NCBI GenBank assembly: GCA_041666845.1
Contig: JBAYGC010000004.1
Span: forward strand, 7,965-71,964
DNA from: Patescibacteria group bacterium
GTDB lineage: Bacteria > Patescibacteriota > Patescibacteriia > UM-FILTER-42-10
Direction: 5' to 3'
DNA: 64,000 nt
Every line of letters begins with the position of its first letter. Positions within the stretch are counted from its first letter, which is position 1. Under the pieces are notes generated by a model that was given only the letters and a program-made list of their open reading frames with translations, searched no databases and was not told the DNA's origin. The translations under genes and the position numbers were made by a program. Shown piece after piece: positions 37,138 through 49,800 of the stretch.

Positions 37138-40100
37138 TTATTCCCCGCTGTCCGGGTTAGGATTCGGCTCTGTCGGAGGTTCTGGAGTAGGTTCGGAGGG
37201 TGTCGGGGGAACAGCACTGGACTCAGCAGAAGCATCAGTTGAGCTTGTCGGTCCCTGTGGCTCACTGTCTTCCGCTGACTTTCCGCTTGTATCGGGTGTC
37301 TCCGGTTTTGGCGCATCAGATTCGGAAGCAGTCGGAGAACTTGGTTCCGCGGATGGCTTTGATGTGGTGCCCGAAGACTGTCTCGGAGTATTATCACTTG
37401 GTTTGGTACCGGGTTGAGGACGCCCTGTTCGAGGTCGAGGTCCCGGTTTTCCCGGGGTCCGCGGAGCTGGCTTTGGAACAGATCCCTCTGCTGGCTTAGA
37501 AGATCCGGAGTCGGGAGCATCATCTTTTGGTTTTTCTTCACCTTTGAATTTATCCGCTTTTGCTTCTTTCATTAGTTTAACCAACTGCACCAAAGCTTGA
37601 GTCATGATTTGCTGTGACATTCGATCAGTAGCATTGCCACTGGATACCTGATCAAAATTGTGTTGAACAGTCTCAACTGCATTCCGCATACCTTTGCTCT
37701 TTTCCGATTCTTCCATTTTATCAATATTCTCCTTCATGGTAGACATTAGTCGATACATGGCAGCACTCATTTCCGTAAACGACTGCGGATCGATCACCTT
37801 ATCCAAACTGGCAAACTGACCACTCAGATTATCAAGTTGTCCCGCCAATTCACTAATATCTCCCAGAGCTCTGTCATCATCAGGGACAATACCGGCAAAT
37901 TCCGGTCCTTTCAATTCTTTATACGCATTTTCGATCTCGGTATTAATACTTCTTATTCGTTCAACTTCCGACGCGACAACTTCCTTCATTTGAGCATCAT
38001 CCAAAAAGTCCACCGGCTCTCCACCTTTTTTCGGAGTTTTGGACCAGACACCTCTATTGTATGTATAGTTGTGTTCATTTGCTTCGATGGGCTTCTTTTC
38101 ATCAATATTGGTTTGCATTTCTTCCATACTCTGTTCAACTGTTTTTGCTGGTGCAGCTTCTTCTTTAACCGGAGGTTTATATCCATTTTCTAATGCTTTG
38201 GCTAATTCAGGACCCGGAGCAGGTGGACTCATTCTGGACAAATCAACTGGAGCATTGTCTTTAAAGTCCTTACCATCAGTAACTTTATCACGATATTTAT
38301 AATAATCCCCATCTATTGGAATTGGTGCTGTAGGATTTTTTGAACCTCTATAAGCACTATTCCATAAAGCCCTGACCATTGCTGGATTTAAATCGTAAGT
38401 CTTCTTAAATTGCTTATAGGCAGCTGTTTCTTCTGTTTCTGTTCCATCCTTTTCTTCTTTTTTTGTTTTTACAAGATTTCCGTTTTCATCAAACAACCGA
38501 TCTTCCCAATTTTCGTCACTGATCCCATTATGACTACCAACCAGAATCTGCGATAACCGCGCCTGGAAATGATGCGCTTCCGGAATCATGGAAGGTGTTA
38601 GCACCTCACCCAAAAATCTTTTCTGGGAAACAGACATGAGATTCGCGTCGGTAGAAAAATCCCAACCATCCTCAATATCTTCACCTTTCTCATTTTTCCT
38701 GTTTTGTTTATATACAAGCGAGCGCATAGCATGGGGAGCCACGCCCTGCATGAAGGCACGCGAGCCTCTCTTGCGTGCCTCGCCTTTTACCTCTCCGATT
38801 CTTTCATCCTCATTCATAATCCGGTATTTGCCGGTTTTTGCATCCAAGGTAGCCATCGTCTGCTCCCAATGGCCGACATTGCGGGACGACTGGCTGATCG
38901 TATACATGGTACGCAAAGCAGTCTGCTCTTCATGTGAGGCCTTTCCCGCATTTATATTTGATTCTTTAGTAGCTCTTTTCATATAAGCACTTCTTTGTTT
39001 AGCATCTTTTTCAGGATCAAGTTTGTCGTAATTGACTCCTTCTGCATCAGCGATCTTTTTAGCAATAGTGGTTGGGTCAAATTTAGCACGATCCAACTGC
39101 AAATAACCCATTGTAAACTGCTTGAATCCTTCGTCATCCATTACTTTAGCTTTTTCATAACTATCAAAACCGAATTGCTTGGCTGTTGGGTCATCCTTTA
39201 TCAGACCGCTGGAAAGAAAATGGGCATAGACATCATCCAGGTTACCACGGGACGCGGCTAAGTTAATTACTGCTTCGCGAGAGCGCTCACCCTTGATACC
39301 ACCCATACGCATCGCTCGTTCCGCCAGTTCCGCCATTTTTTCTTTACCAGCGCCGGATTCTGAAATCTCTTTCAGCATTTCACTCTCATACTCACCTACC
39401 ACCGCACTGCGTGCCATTTCCGCTCTCGACATGGCTGCACCTTTAGCTGAAACTTTAAGATTACCCCGTTTCTGACGGAAAAAGCTTGGTATCCATTCGT
39501 CCATAACCTTTTCGGCCATCTGTTCTCCTTTACCGGCTATTTCCCTGTTTTGCTGTGTCGCCAAACGCTCACCTCTCTGACCAATACCCTTCCAGTACGA
39601 GGGACTCAAAATCGGCGCTTTTTCCGTAATCTTTCTGCCGATCGCACCGTAAGTTCGCTTCGCAAAGCGGTTGTTGAAAGGCTTCTTTAAAGTCTTCATG
39701 CCCATTGATTTCAGCTTGTCCGGGAACCGACCGACTGTCGATCCGCCCATCACACCGAATTCCTGCGTCAGCATAATACCGGTCAAAAGCAGTGCTATAG
39801 TAATAATATAATTAAACATGTTCTGAGTATTCATGATTGCTGAAGCACCTTTTGGCAATTTAGCAGCATCGGGAGCGGTGGGATCAGCAATAGTCCCATC
39901 ACTAACTCCTATATCAGATAAATCAATCGGCGCTCCCGCACTGGTAGAAATAACGGAAAGTGACAACCATAAAAAGAAAGCTAGGACCGGACCAGCCGTG
40001 AGATTTTTACCCAGCTCCGTCCACCAACGGGAAGCGTAACGCGAAGTGTTGGGCAAAACCGATGCTATATAGGCAACCGGGGAAAGAATCACCAAGATCC

Positions 40101-40800
40101 AGATCATCAGAATTCTTGCCACCAAGATTACCAGCATAGCCAGCAAAACCGCGATTGCCACGACCAACATCCCGTTAGCTAAAAAGATAGCCATAATTAC
40201 GGAACCGATGCCTTTCAATTCATTAACAAACCCCTTGGTGTCCTGGGCAAAACTGGTCATCTGCGCCAGATTCAACCCGACAGTCAAAACTATCGCGGCG
40301 GAATCCTGAAATGAATATACAAACGTCAGCATGATCACCTGGGAAAAATCCACAAAAATACCGGTGATGGTCTTACTGAAATTGATCAGAACCGCCATGA
40401 TTATCATCTTGGTCAGCAGACTGCGCGCGTGATACTGCTGAAGTTTCATGATTGTACCGAAAGCGATGACAATCAGGATCACAATAAACATCATATTGGA
40501 AAGATCTCTGATGATCGTCCAGCCGATATGCACTGCCGGCGGCGCTTTCATGTTGACGAAATTATTATAGCTGAATATTTTAATCACTAATTCAATTATC
40601 ATGCCCAATAAAGACCCCAACAATTGCATTATATTTGCGCCGAAATCTCCAATCGCACCGATAATCGCTTCAGAGACATCAAAGCCCGCAAGCGCTTCTG
40701 ACTTTTCCGGAAAAATAAGTCCGACAAAAACAAGTACACCCAACACGCCGAGTATTGGTAAGAGCGCCTTTCTGATTCGTGACAAAATCTTTCTGAACAT
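37138..40800 (-). CDS. Large VirB6/TrbL-like polytopic membrane protein with long soluble tail
   Basis: GW..IRDLSNM.FI..LI.IAF.TI, LINFSK.I.G..VD.SQ, R...IWIL.ILSP.A....VLP......WW; Pro/Ser-rich C-terminus. Confidence 0.8.
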   Translation of the reverse strand: MFRKILSRIRKALLPILGVLGVLVFVGLIFPEKSEALAGFDVSEAIIGAIGDFGANIMQLLGSLLGMIIELVIKIFSYNNFVNMKAPPAVHIGWTIIRDLSNMMFIVILIVIAFGTIMKLQQYHARSLLTKMIIMAVLINFSKTITGIFVDFSQVIMLTFVYSFQDSAAIVLTVGLNLAQMTSFAQDTKGFVNELKGIGSVIMAIFLANGMLVVAIAVLLAMLVILVARILMIWILVILSPVAYIASVLPNTSRYASRWWTELGKNLTAGPVLAFFLWLSLSVISTSAGAPIDLSDIGVSDGTIADPTAPDAAKLPKGASAIMNTQNMFNYIITIALLLTGIMLTQEFGVMGGSTVGRFPDKLKSMGMKTLKKPFNNRFAKRTYGAIGRKITEKAPILSPSYWKGIGQRGERLATQQNREIAGKGEQMAEKVMDEWIPSFFRQKRGNLKVSAKGAAMSRAEMARSAVVGEYESEMLKEISESGAGKEKMAELAERAMRMGGIKGERSREAVINLAASRGNLDDVYAHFLSSGLIKDDPTAKQFGFDSYEKAKVMDDEGFKQFTMGYLQLDRAKFDPTTIAKKIADAEGVNYDKLDPEKDAKQRSAYMKRATKESNINAGKASHEEQTALRTMYTISQSSRNVGHWEQTMATLDAKTGKYRIMNEDERIGEVKGEARKRGSRAFMQGVAPHAMRSLVYKQNRKNEKGEDIEDGWDFSTDANLMSVSQKRFLGEVLTPSMIPEAHHFQARLSQILVGSHNGISDENWEDRLFDENGNLVKTKKEEKDGTETEETAAYKQFKKTYDLNPAMVRALWNSAYRGSKNPTAPIPIDGDYYKYRDKVTDGKDFKDNAPVDLSRMSPPAPGPELAKALENGYKPPVKEEAAPAKTVEQSMEEMQTNIDEKKPIEANEHNYTYNRGVWSKTPKKGGEPVDFLDDAQMKEVVASEVERIRSINTEIENAYKELKGPEFAGIVPDDDRALGDISELAGQLDNLSGQFASLDKVIDPQSFTEMSAAMYRLMSTMKENIDKMEESEKSKGMRNAVETVQHNFDQVSSGNATDRMSQQIMTQALVQLVKLMKEAKADKFKGEEKPKDDAPDSGSSKPAEGSVPKPAPRTPGKPGPRPRTGRPQPGTKPSDNTPRQSSGTTSKPSAEPSSPTASESDAPKPETPDTSGKSAEDSEPQGPTSSTDASAESSAVPPTPSEPTPEPPTEPNPNPDSGE

Positions 40801-40816
40801 TATTGATTGATAAAGT

Positions 40817-43800
40817 TTAGCTTGGCTGTACTGTTATCGTCCCGTTGAATTCCTGGTAATTCTGAGTTGTACTGTTGATATCACATGGGCGAAGTCCGGG
40901 CGTCGCGCTGTTCTGGTCATTACAGAAGCCCCAATTATCTTTCAACATTATTTCAATATTATAGATCTGTGTCGCGCCCGGCTCATCATATGTATGGGAG
41001 AACAAATGCGGTTGACTTGGGTCAGATTTTGGCGCGCCGTTCCACACGATGGAACTGGTAGAACCGTCGCCCCAGTCGATAACAATGTTCTTCAAAGCTT
41101 CCTGTTCCGGATCCACAAAACTGGTAAATGACAGGGTAATTGACCCGCCGCCGAATAATTCCACATCCCCATCGGCACCGTTGATCAAGACATTATCAAT
41201 CGCCGGAAGAATAGCACAATAGTCGTTGTCCGGTGGCCAAGTCGGACGCGGACCGGCGCCGTCCGTGTTACAGAGTGGCATGTGGTTAAATTCATTATTC
41301 CATACATAGTTCCAGCTCGGATTGGCCGGATTAATTTTTTCGTATGTTGCCGTATCTACATCCCAGAACCAAGCATCGTAAACGTAGGCAAATATTCTTT
41401 GCAGATTATCTACCGCCCACACATTGCCGTCAAACCCGGTTGCCTGGTTCACGCCATCTCCGGCATTTCTGGCGGCCGCGCCAACACAGGATCCGGCGTT
41501 GACACTGGTACAATACGCGTCATCGGTGCAGTATTTGGTCACATCACCACTGCAATAACCTAACCCCACGCACACACCGCGGTTGCCGTCTTCCCCTCCG
41601 CAGTCCGCATCTGTCGTGCAGGCATACTGAGTTCCACGATGCACCGTGTCATAACTGCCACCCATACATACTTTCGGCACGCAATCACCATCACAACTGT
41701 ACGGACTGCCCGCTCGTGTATTATTCACCGGTGGAGTTGGTGTACTGTCAAAATTCTCAATATATAATGGCTGCATACCGTCCGATACACTGCTATCCCA
41801 AGTTGATCCCGGATCATCACCTTGACCCGCTACAATTGCCCCAAACGGAGCGGCATTTTCATTGTATTTATATAGAATATCGCGAATTTGATATGAGCTG
41901 GTATTAGCAGTTCTTTGTGCCCAGGCTTTATCGTCAGAAATACTGGCTACTTTTGCCACCTCGGTACAAACATCCCGCAGGTATACATAGCCCATTACCC
42001 ACATTCCTCCGCTACCACCACTGCCGTCTTCCATATAAACGTAATAATTATCTATAGTGTGATCAGTGGCAGAGAAATTGGTTTTGATTCTGAGATGATT
42101 GTCATTACCGTCCCAACTGATATCCCAGTCATTTTCGGCATTGGCTATCCAAGTAGCTCCACCACCCGGCCAGTCGGAATGTGATGATCGTTGCTGTACC
42201 CATTCAATCCGGTCTATTTCCCAATCATGATATGTCCGGTCACTTCCCTGGGCTAGGACTGTAGTGTTTATTCCACCACCACCGCGACAACTACAAAATC
42301 CCCAAGCGTTGTCACTTAAAGGTCGCTGGCCGTCATAGTTCTCACACCACCCAAGATCTTCAAGTGACCCACATCCACTATCATCACCATCACAAGTTTC
42401 TTCAATATCTCCAGCATGTGTGAAGTTTGTTACAAGATTACGTCGATAACCCGCCACTTTTCCAACTAAATCAGTTACTATATTAGAAGCACCGCAGAGA
42501 CTGTTTTCATCATCATTACCTACTAGTAGGGTTGTATCATCATAGTTTCCAGTAGCTTCCACACACATATATAAAGGTCTGCGTCCTTTGTAGCCTGCCG
42601 GATCTACCGTACCGAATACGCTGGACTCACCGGAAATAACATCTACCGGCCACCAGGTAATACACTTGTCCGGATTGGTCGGATCGGTCTCTATACAGTA
42701 ACCCTGCCAGCCGTTAAACTGCACTAGGTCGCTGTTTGTGTATTGGCAAACCTCGGAGTCTTCTCGCGGATACGCGCGACAGGACCTGATCAGGTATTTC
42801 TGATCGCCGTCAGTAGTGGAAAGATTTTCCGCTGGAACCGCTGTGATTGCCGGTGCCCCCGGTGGTTGCCAGTTGAATTGCATAGAAGAGTTGCCCAGTT
42901 TCTGATAATACTCAATCATGATCGGATGCCAACCGGCATCGAGCCCATTAACAGTAAACGAATCATTATGCACGCCGTCCGTCCAGTTTTCTTGAACCGG
43001 TACAGTCAGATCATCAATAAAGAATTTATATCCGTCATCCACAACCAAGTTGAATAAATGATTACCCGTATTTTCAACCAGTAATTTACCGGCCCAACGC
43101 ACCGCGACCATTTCTGTTGCTCCGGCATTATCATTCAGCAGTGTCGGCATTGATGCATTATCATAGTTCAGATAATCACTGACATAAGTACCAAGGTAAT
43201 TACCAAAGACTAATTCCAGCTCAGTAGTTAATTCAACCTGCGGAATCAAGTAGTTACTTGGAATGGCAGTAATTCTATTATATGTCGGAAATAACATTCC
43301 TTCAGTTAGTGGACTGATTACACCGTCACCATTTTGATCCCAGGCATAATTGATACAAAATGCATCCGGTATTCCACCACCACAATTTGTCGGGTTCCAT
43401 TGTCCTGATGTCCTTCCCATTTGTACTCCGCCATAACCACCACCATTAGTAAATTCAATCTTGACCGGATGCCAGCCGGCAGTGAAATATTGCGACCACA
43501 TATAACCCAGCGTTGGTATACTGCCCCAGGCGCTGACGATCTCCGAACCCGCCGCCATATCGTCCACCCAAATCCTGACTCCGTCATTCACATTGAAAAA
43601 TAATGTTTGATAGCCCGATGTCGGAATATTAATTCCACCTTCCCATCTGCCTGAACTGTTAGCAACAATAAAGTCAGCATTATCCGGTACTAGCGGATCC
43701 ATTTCTCCCGGGATCGTTACGGTCGCATCGCCATTTCCACATAGCGTACATAACGCTGTATCTCCGGCATTACAAGCTATACATGGCTCATACCAATTGA

Positions 43801-46800
43801 TCTTTGGTACGATATATGGATTACCAGGACAAGCTGTCGTCAAATTTCCATCTGTAAAACATTCCTCATTCAGTCCTGAAACACTGGTTGAACTTGGTTG
43901 ATAAACAAAAGTGTAGAAGTCTCCGCGGATACCCGGAGAGTCAGAAGCCTTCACCGCCAGTGCTGGCTTCATGGATACGTTGTCCACGGAGAACGAAACA
44001 TTACCGCCCATATTCCGAATCAACAGGAAGGTTTCCGCGTTTTCATCCGGGATGCCGTTAATCCTTACCGGTTTCAGTACCTGCTGTTCCCAACCGGTTG
44101 AACCATCAAAATAACCCAGGAAATTTTCACCGACAATATTGCCATTCTCAAATTGAGCTAGTGAAACTGAAATAGTTTCCTGTCCGGCTTCCGGCAGGTT
44201 TTCAAACCGGAAATCCAGACTGGCGATGTATTCAGTATTGTTTAATATATTTGTTCCCAAACTGGTCTTAATACCCAGTCCGGTAAATTCACAACTGCCA
44301 ATCACGCACTCTCCGCCGGCCACGGTACAGATTGTCCCCTGGTTCGTGGACAAATCATCGCAAACACCCTGCGACCCTGCCGAATATAGCAGGTAATTAT
44401 TCTCATCCAATGCGGAATTGCCGACCGTTTCCGGTCCTTCCACGACACTGACACTGCTGTCCAGATCGGGGAAGATAGCTGTCCACGACCCTTCTTCTTC
44501 GGCGGTAATACAATTCGGAATGGCGGTCAGATTCTCATCCGGTACGCAGTTCTCATCCACCACGCAAGAAGTATCTTTATTATCCATATTCTCATCACAA
44601 ACCATGAACCGACTTAACGCGTTCGACTCAAAATCACCAAATCTTACCAAATCTTTTGTGATTGCTCCGCCCAGACCAACTTCATACATTTCCGAATAGG
44701 GATAATACCCTTCAATAATGTCACACTTATCGCCAAGTCCGGCACAAGTAGTGGCTTCTGTTGCTACAGTGCAATCAACGGAATGATCATCCCGACAGCC
44801 ATACTGCAAACCGGCGCTGACATACCCGGACAGATTTTGAAACTCGTCCAGCGGATATGCCGCCGTATCACCGGTGACATTGGTCGGTCCTGGATCGATC
44901 GTACTGATACAGGAACCGTTGGAACCCAATTCATCACACAAGCCGATTTCAAAACAAACGTCCTCTTTTGTTTTACCATCACCGTCCAAGTCTGTGTTGT
45001 CATCCACCTCAAAAGATGTTTTGCAGTACAACCATTCGTCACAGACACGGTCTCTTTTAACCTTTAACACTGTGTTCGAATCCGCTATCGGACTTCCTCC
45101 TGCTGTATATAAACTGCACGCGCCTCCGCCCAGACATTCAGCGCCTCCGCTAGTACATAGGTCATTTGGATTTGTGCCCCCAATACAGGTTCCGAATCTA
45201 CCCAGTACCGGTGGTCCAAATTCCGGATTTTCAATACATAAACCGCCCGCACCGCAGTCCGCATCAACATCGCAATCATTACCATAAGTTACCGGATTAC
45301 CCAGGTCACAATAGAACTCCTGGCCATCCGGGCTTAAATCCGCCGTGTAATTCAGCGACTGAGTTGTATCACTGAATAAGACACAGCCTTTTTCTGCATT
45401 AACCACTCCGTTACAACTGGTGGAATCAACGCTGGATTTAATATTATAATATGTCGAACATCCCGGCAGTCCGCCCGGTGTCACAACACAATTCTCATCA
45501 AACAAAACCGTGTCGCCCTCATAAGGACACAACGGCTGACAGCCGATCGGATCCAGCGGGTCACTATAGGCCGTACATCCGTCCGCTTTGGAATCGCAAA
45601 GGCCCACCCATGGCACACATCTGGCACTATCAGCACATGGTACCGCATCATCCGGATTACAGATTGTATTCGGGGCCGCTGCCGGCGTGCCCCCCTCACA
45701 GACAAAAGCTGGGATCGCCGGACTGGGTGGTGTTGGTGTAGTTTCGCACGGTGTTTCTGTTCCGGAGATATACCAGTCAAAATCGTATGAACCCTGCAAC
45801 TGTTTATATTCGCAAGTACGACCATCAATCGGCTGTTTGAAATAAGTTTTGCCTCCGCCACCTGAGAAACCATATTCCTCGCAACCGGATTCGGAATTAT
45901 CGCACCAAATATTATCATATTCAGCTGCGTTATCTTTCAGATAAACATCCTCATACGAAATTAGATTATTTTCTTCATCAAAATTCGGTAACCCTAACCT
46001 ACTGCATCCCTGATTATCAGCTGAGCAATAATTGTCTGGATTGTTGATTACTGTTACCAGTGAATCATCTGGTGTAATAACATGACTTAGAGTTTGCGCG
46101 GGATCACCAAATTCCTCAGCATAAGGCGATCGGGTATTAGCAGTATCAATTAATGCTTCACAACCGACCGTATCTTCACTGCACAATTTCGAAAATGACA
46201 TCAGATAATGAATATTACTATCAACATCGGAATACGCTTCACAATTTTCGGATCCATAACAGGTATCATATGAACCACGGACTAAATACCGGTTTGTGGT
46301 TGTTTCAACCAGTTCAATATTATCCAAGTAAATTTGACTGCCGACATTTTGGAACTGTAGAGCGGTCGGTAGACCGGACCACAGCGCTGTATCAGAAGTA
46401 TTGATTGTTACCGGGCCTAGTCTAAATTCCTGCCATTCAGGTGTAAGCCATACTTCCGGAGGAAATGTAGTGCCTGATTGATCAGCAAACCAATTATCCC
46501 CGCCTACGGCACCGATCGCCGTATTAAACTTAATGTACATATTGTCACTAGCGGAATCAGATCTGCCCCAGAACTTTAATTCGTAAGTTTTTCCATCTTC
46601 CAAAGTTACCGGTTTTTCTGTATTGGCATTTGTATTAAGAGAGTGTCCGCCGACGATTATTGAATTATTACTGACTGTTCCCGGTGCCCAACTCATGGTT
46701 GTACCGTCCTCAAAATCATCAGAAAATATCTGGCGATAGTTATATCCCGAATTACCCAAGTATTCACGGCAACCGGCATATTGTGCCGGACAGGAACGGC

Positions 46801-49800
46801 TTTCGCTCGGAGTACCATAATAAGTATCACCGTCAATACTGTTTCTCTCCGGATGGCAATCATCAGTAACTGAAATTGTCATTGATTTGTATCGATAAAA
46901 CACATGCAAACTGGCATCAAAGAACTGCGTGCAGTCCGGATCCGTGCCATAAACTGCTGAACACTCAGAATCCGCCTGGATATTTGCGTTCGTATCCGCA
47001 CAGGTTAAGTTAGTCGGATTCGGATCAACATTCAAATGAGTACACGGTGCGTTGCCGACTTCCACCGGACCGCCGGTATAAACAATGTTACTTTGCTTCA
47101 ACCTGAATGAGCGCAATTGATAACCAGCTACCGCGTCCCCTTCCCAAGCATAGTAAGTATCAATATTTGCTGAGTTGGTCGGAACGCACTGTTTTAGGAA
47201 AGAATAATATTCAATTCCTTCTCCGCCGGCCGCGACTTCGTCCAGATTTGTATATTCTTCGCAACCGACATAGGCCGCGGAACACTGTTCTCCGGTATCC
47301 GGAATAAATGATATAACCGGTAAACATGCCCCTGTCCCGCAATCAGCATTAATTAAGCAAGCCTCCCCCTCATTCGGACCGCCATAGCAGTACTGACCAG
47401 AACGCTCAATATTATTGGGATCCGGCATTACAGTGGTCAGTTTAACTTCTTCAAAAGCTTTGCATCCGACATCTTCAGCAGAACACTCGTCAGACGGCCT
47501 GATTTGCGCCGGCACCGGATCTCCGCTTAATAGCGGGGTATAAAATTGGCATCCGACATCCAGCGGATCACAAGTATCTCTTTCACCGTTCAGGTATACT
47601 TTATTTATCGCGCCGTAATCCACATATTCACTGGCGATTTTTGATTCTTCCACCATAGTCGCATCCAGCAACAAATTGCATCCACTATCCGGTGCAATTT
47701 CAAAAGCAACATGTTCAGTACCAATGGGGAAGGAATCCGGGTATGTATAAGTCACGACATATCTTTGCCATTCACTGCTTATATTATCAATATTAACCGA
47801 CTCCAGTGGAACATTGATCGCGTCAACTATTTCTAATCTTGAATTATTATTGCACGATGCTAAATCATTCGGATCTTTTTTTGCGTAAATTGAAACCGTA
47901 AATGTCCTGCTACTTACCGGAGAACCTGTTTCCGCTGAACCTACTAATAACTCCGTTAACGCCGGTCCGGAGTTCAATATCAGTGCATTGTTACCTGCAT
48001 AAGGTGAATCACCAGGAGTATTTGGTGTTACTATTTCGACTTCCGCGCCAAAAACCGGCGCCCATGCTGAATCAAAATTATCCGCTATCCCATCATCTGG
48101 GACGCTCAGATTGTCATAGTAATCAAAGCTAGGATTGGTGTGTAAATTTGTGCCGTTGGTTGTGCGGATAAATTCGTCACAACCCGCCGCGCTTGCGTCG
48201 CAAGTTTCCGCTGAAGCGGTAAGATGCGACAACCATGATGCGCCTGCCGCTGGCGGCACATAGCCGGACGGCCCGACTACACCATCTGACCACGCGCTGT
48301 AATCATCATTATTCAAATCGTCCCAATAGCATTCCCATCTTTCATCGGTTTGGTTGTACTCTTTGCAGTACCATTGGCAACCGACATTATCCGCGGAACA
48401 GCCGTTGAAATCTAGGGTTGTCGCCAAATACGACGCAGGCTGGCCTTGTCGGTCAGTATAGGTGGTGCAGGTATTATAATAGTCGGGGCATGATTCGCCA
48501 TTGAATCTCCAAATCGGATCTTCTTTGGTGCAATAGCCGTATTCCAGACAGTTACCGGTTTCGTCTTCGGCAATACATGACTGATCATCAACACATGAGG
48601 TATTGCGTTGAATCTGGCGAACCTTTGGAGTTTCATCTATTCCGTCATCATCAATATATTCGTCAAAAAGGAATGTCTCATTATAACCGCTGTTCACGCA
48701 TTGGGTTGCCGGCGCTTTCAGTACCCAGTCCGGATCGATCAACTGATAATACTGGGAAGTTTCATCATTGAAATCTTTAATCAAATCATTCAAACTCCGT
48801 GCGCCTCCGCCGAACTCCCTGATGTAAGAAGCGGCTAACTCCCAACTGACCGGTACTATTCGATACCTTCTTAACAAAACCAAACTGCGGTACGGATAAC
48901 CCTCCTGATAATTCAGCTGTGATCCGCCGTCGCCGTAACCAAACGGTTTGTCACCGTTGATATAACCCAGCTCAATCGCTTCTTCCAGACGCAACTGCTG
49001 TTCCACTGCCGTACGGAAACTCGAATCAATGGCGCAGTTTTCCGGCTCGGCAAAATCAGTCGGGCAGGAAGATAGTTTATTTAAAATGTCTACAGATCCG
49101 CCCGCGCTCAGCGAAGGCTGGTTGAATGAAGCAAATTTTGCTTCCGCGGCCGCAATACCTGAAGACCGGCCGAACTTACCCTGGTCAAATCCCGTATTAT
49201 CCGCCGCGGGGTTCAAACCTTTGACCAAAATATATTCCATATACTTCTTGACTAAAGTATTGGTAAACGTTCCGATCATATCCGCGATAATACTGCCAGT
49301 GCTGGTTTTATCGGCAGTAGTTGTTTCCCATAAAGCAAAATTTTGTGCCGCTTCAATAGTCGCGGCCGGGGTTTTAATATCGCCGGTTACTATACTAGTC
49401 AGTGCCGTAAAATCCTTGGCTTGTTTCGCCGCTTCCGCCTCTTCCGCTTTTTGTTTTTCCGTCTTGGCTTCGCGATAGATTTTCAAATACTGTCCCACTT
49501 GTGCCGTATCCTCGCCGAACATATTCGGAAATTCTTGCAAAATAGTCCTAGATAATTGAGCGGGATCCACACCCTTGATGGCAAAACCTAAATCTATATC
49601 CGCTGAGAAAAGCGTGCCATCCGTAAACTTACTGACAATTGAAGTAACATCACATTTCGCCTTCCTGTCACTTCCAGGAGTTGGCAATCCTAAATCAAGA
49701 TTAATGCTTTCCGTTATTGATACTTTTAAAGTCGGATTAATGTCACAAATACTTTTTCCCCATGCTTCAGATGTGATCTGGTCAAGATAATCACCAACCG

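Noticed and set aside
37104-37541. 145-aa ORF overlapping the VirB6-like C-terminus
   Set aside because: Alternate-frame shadow of a Pro-rich low-complexity tail.
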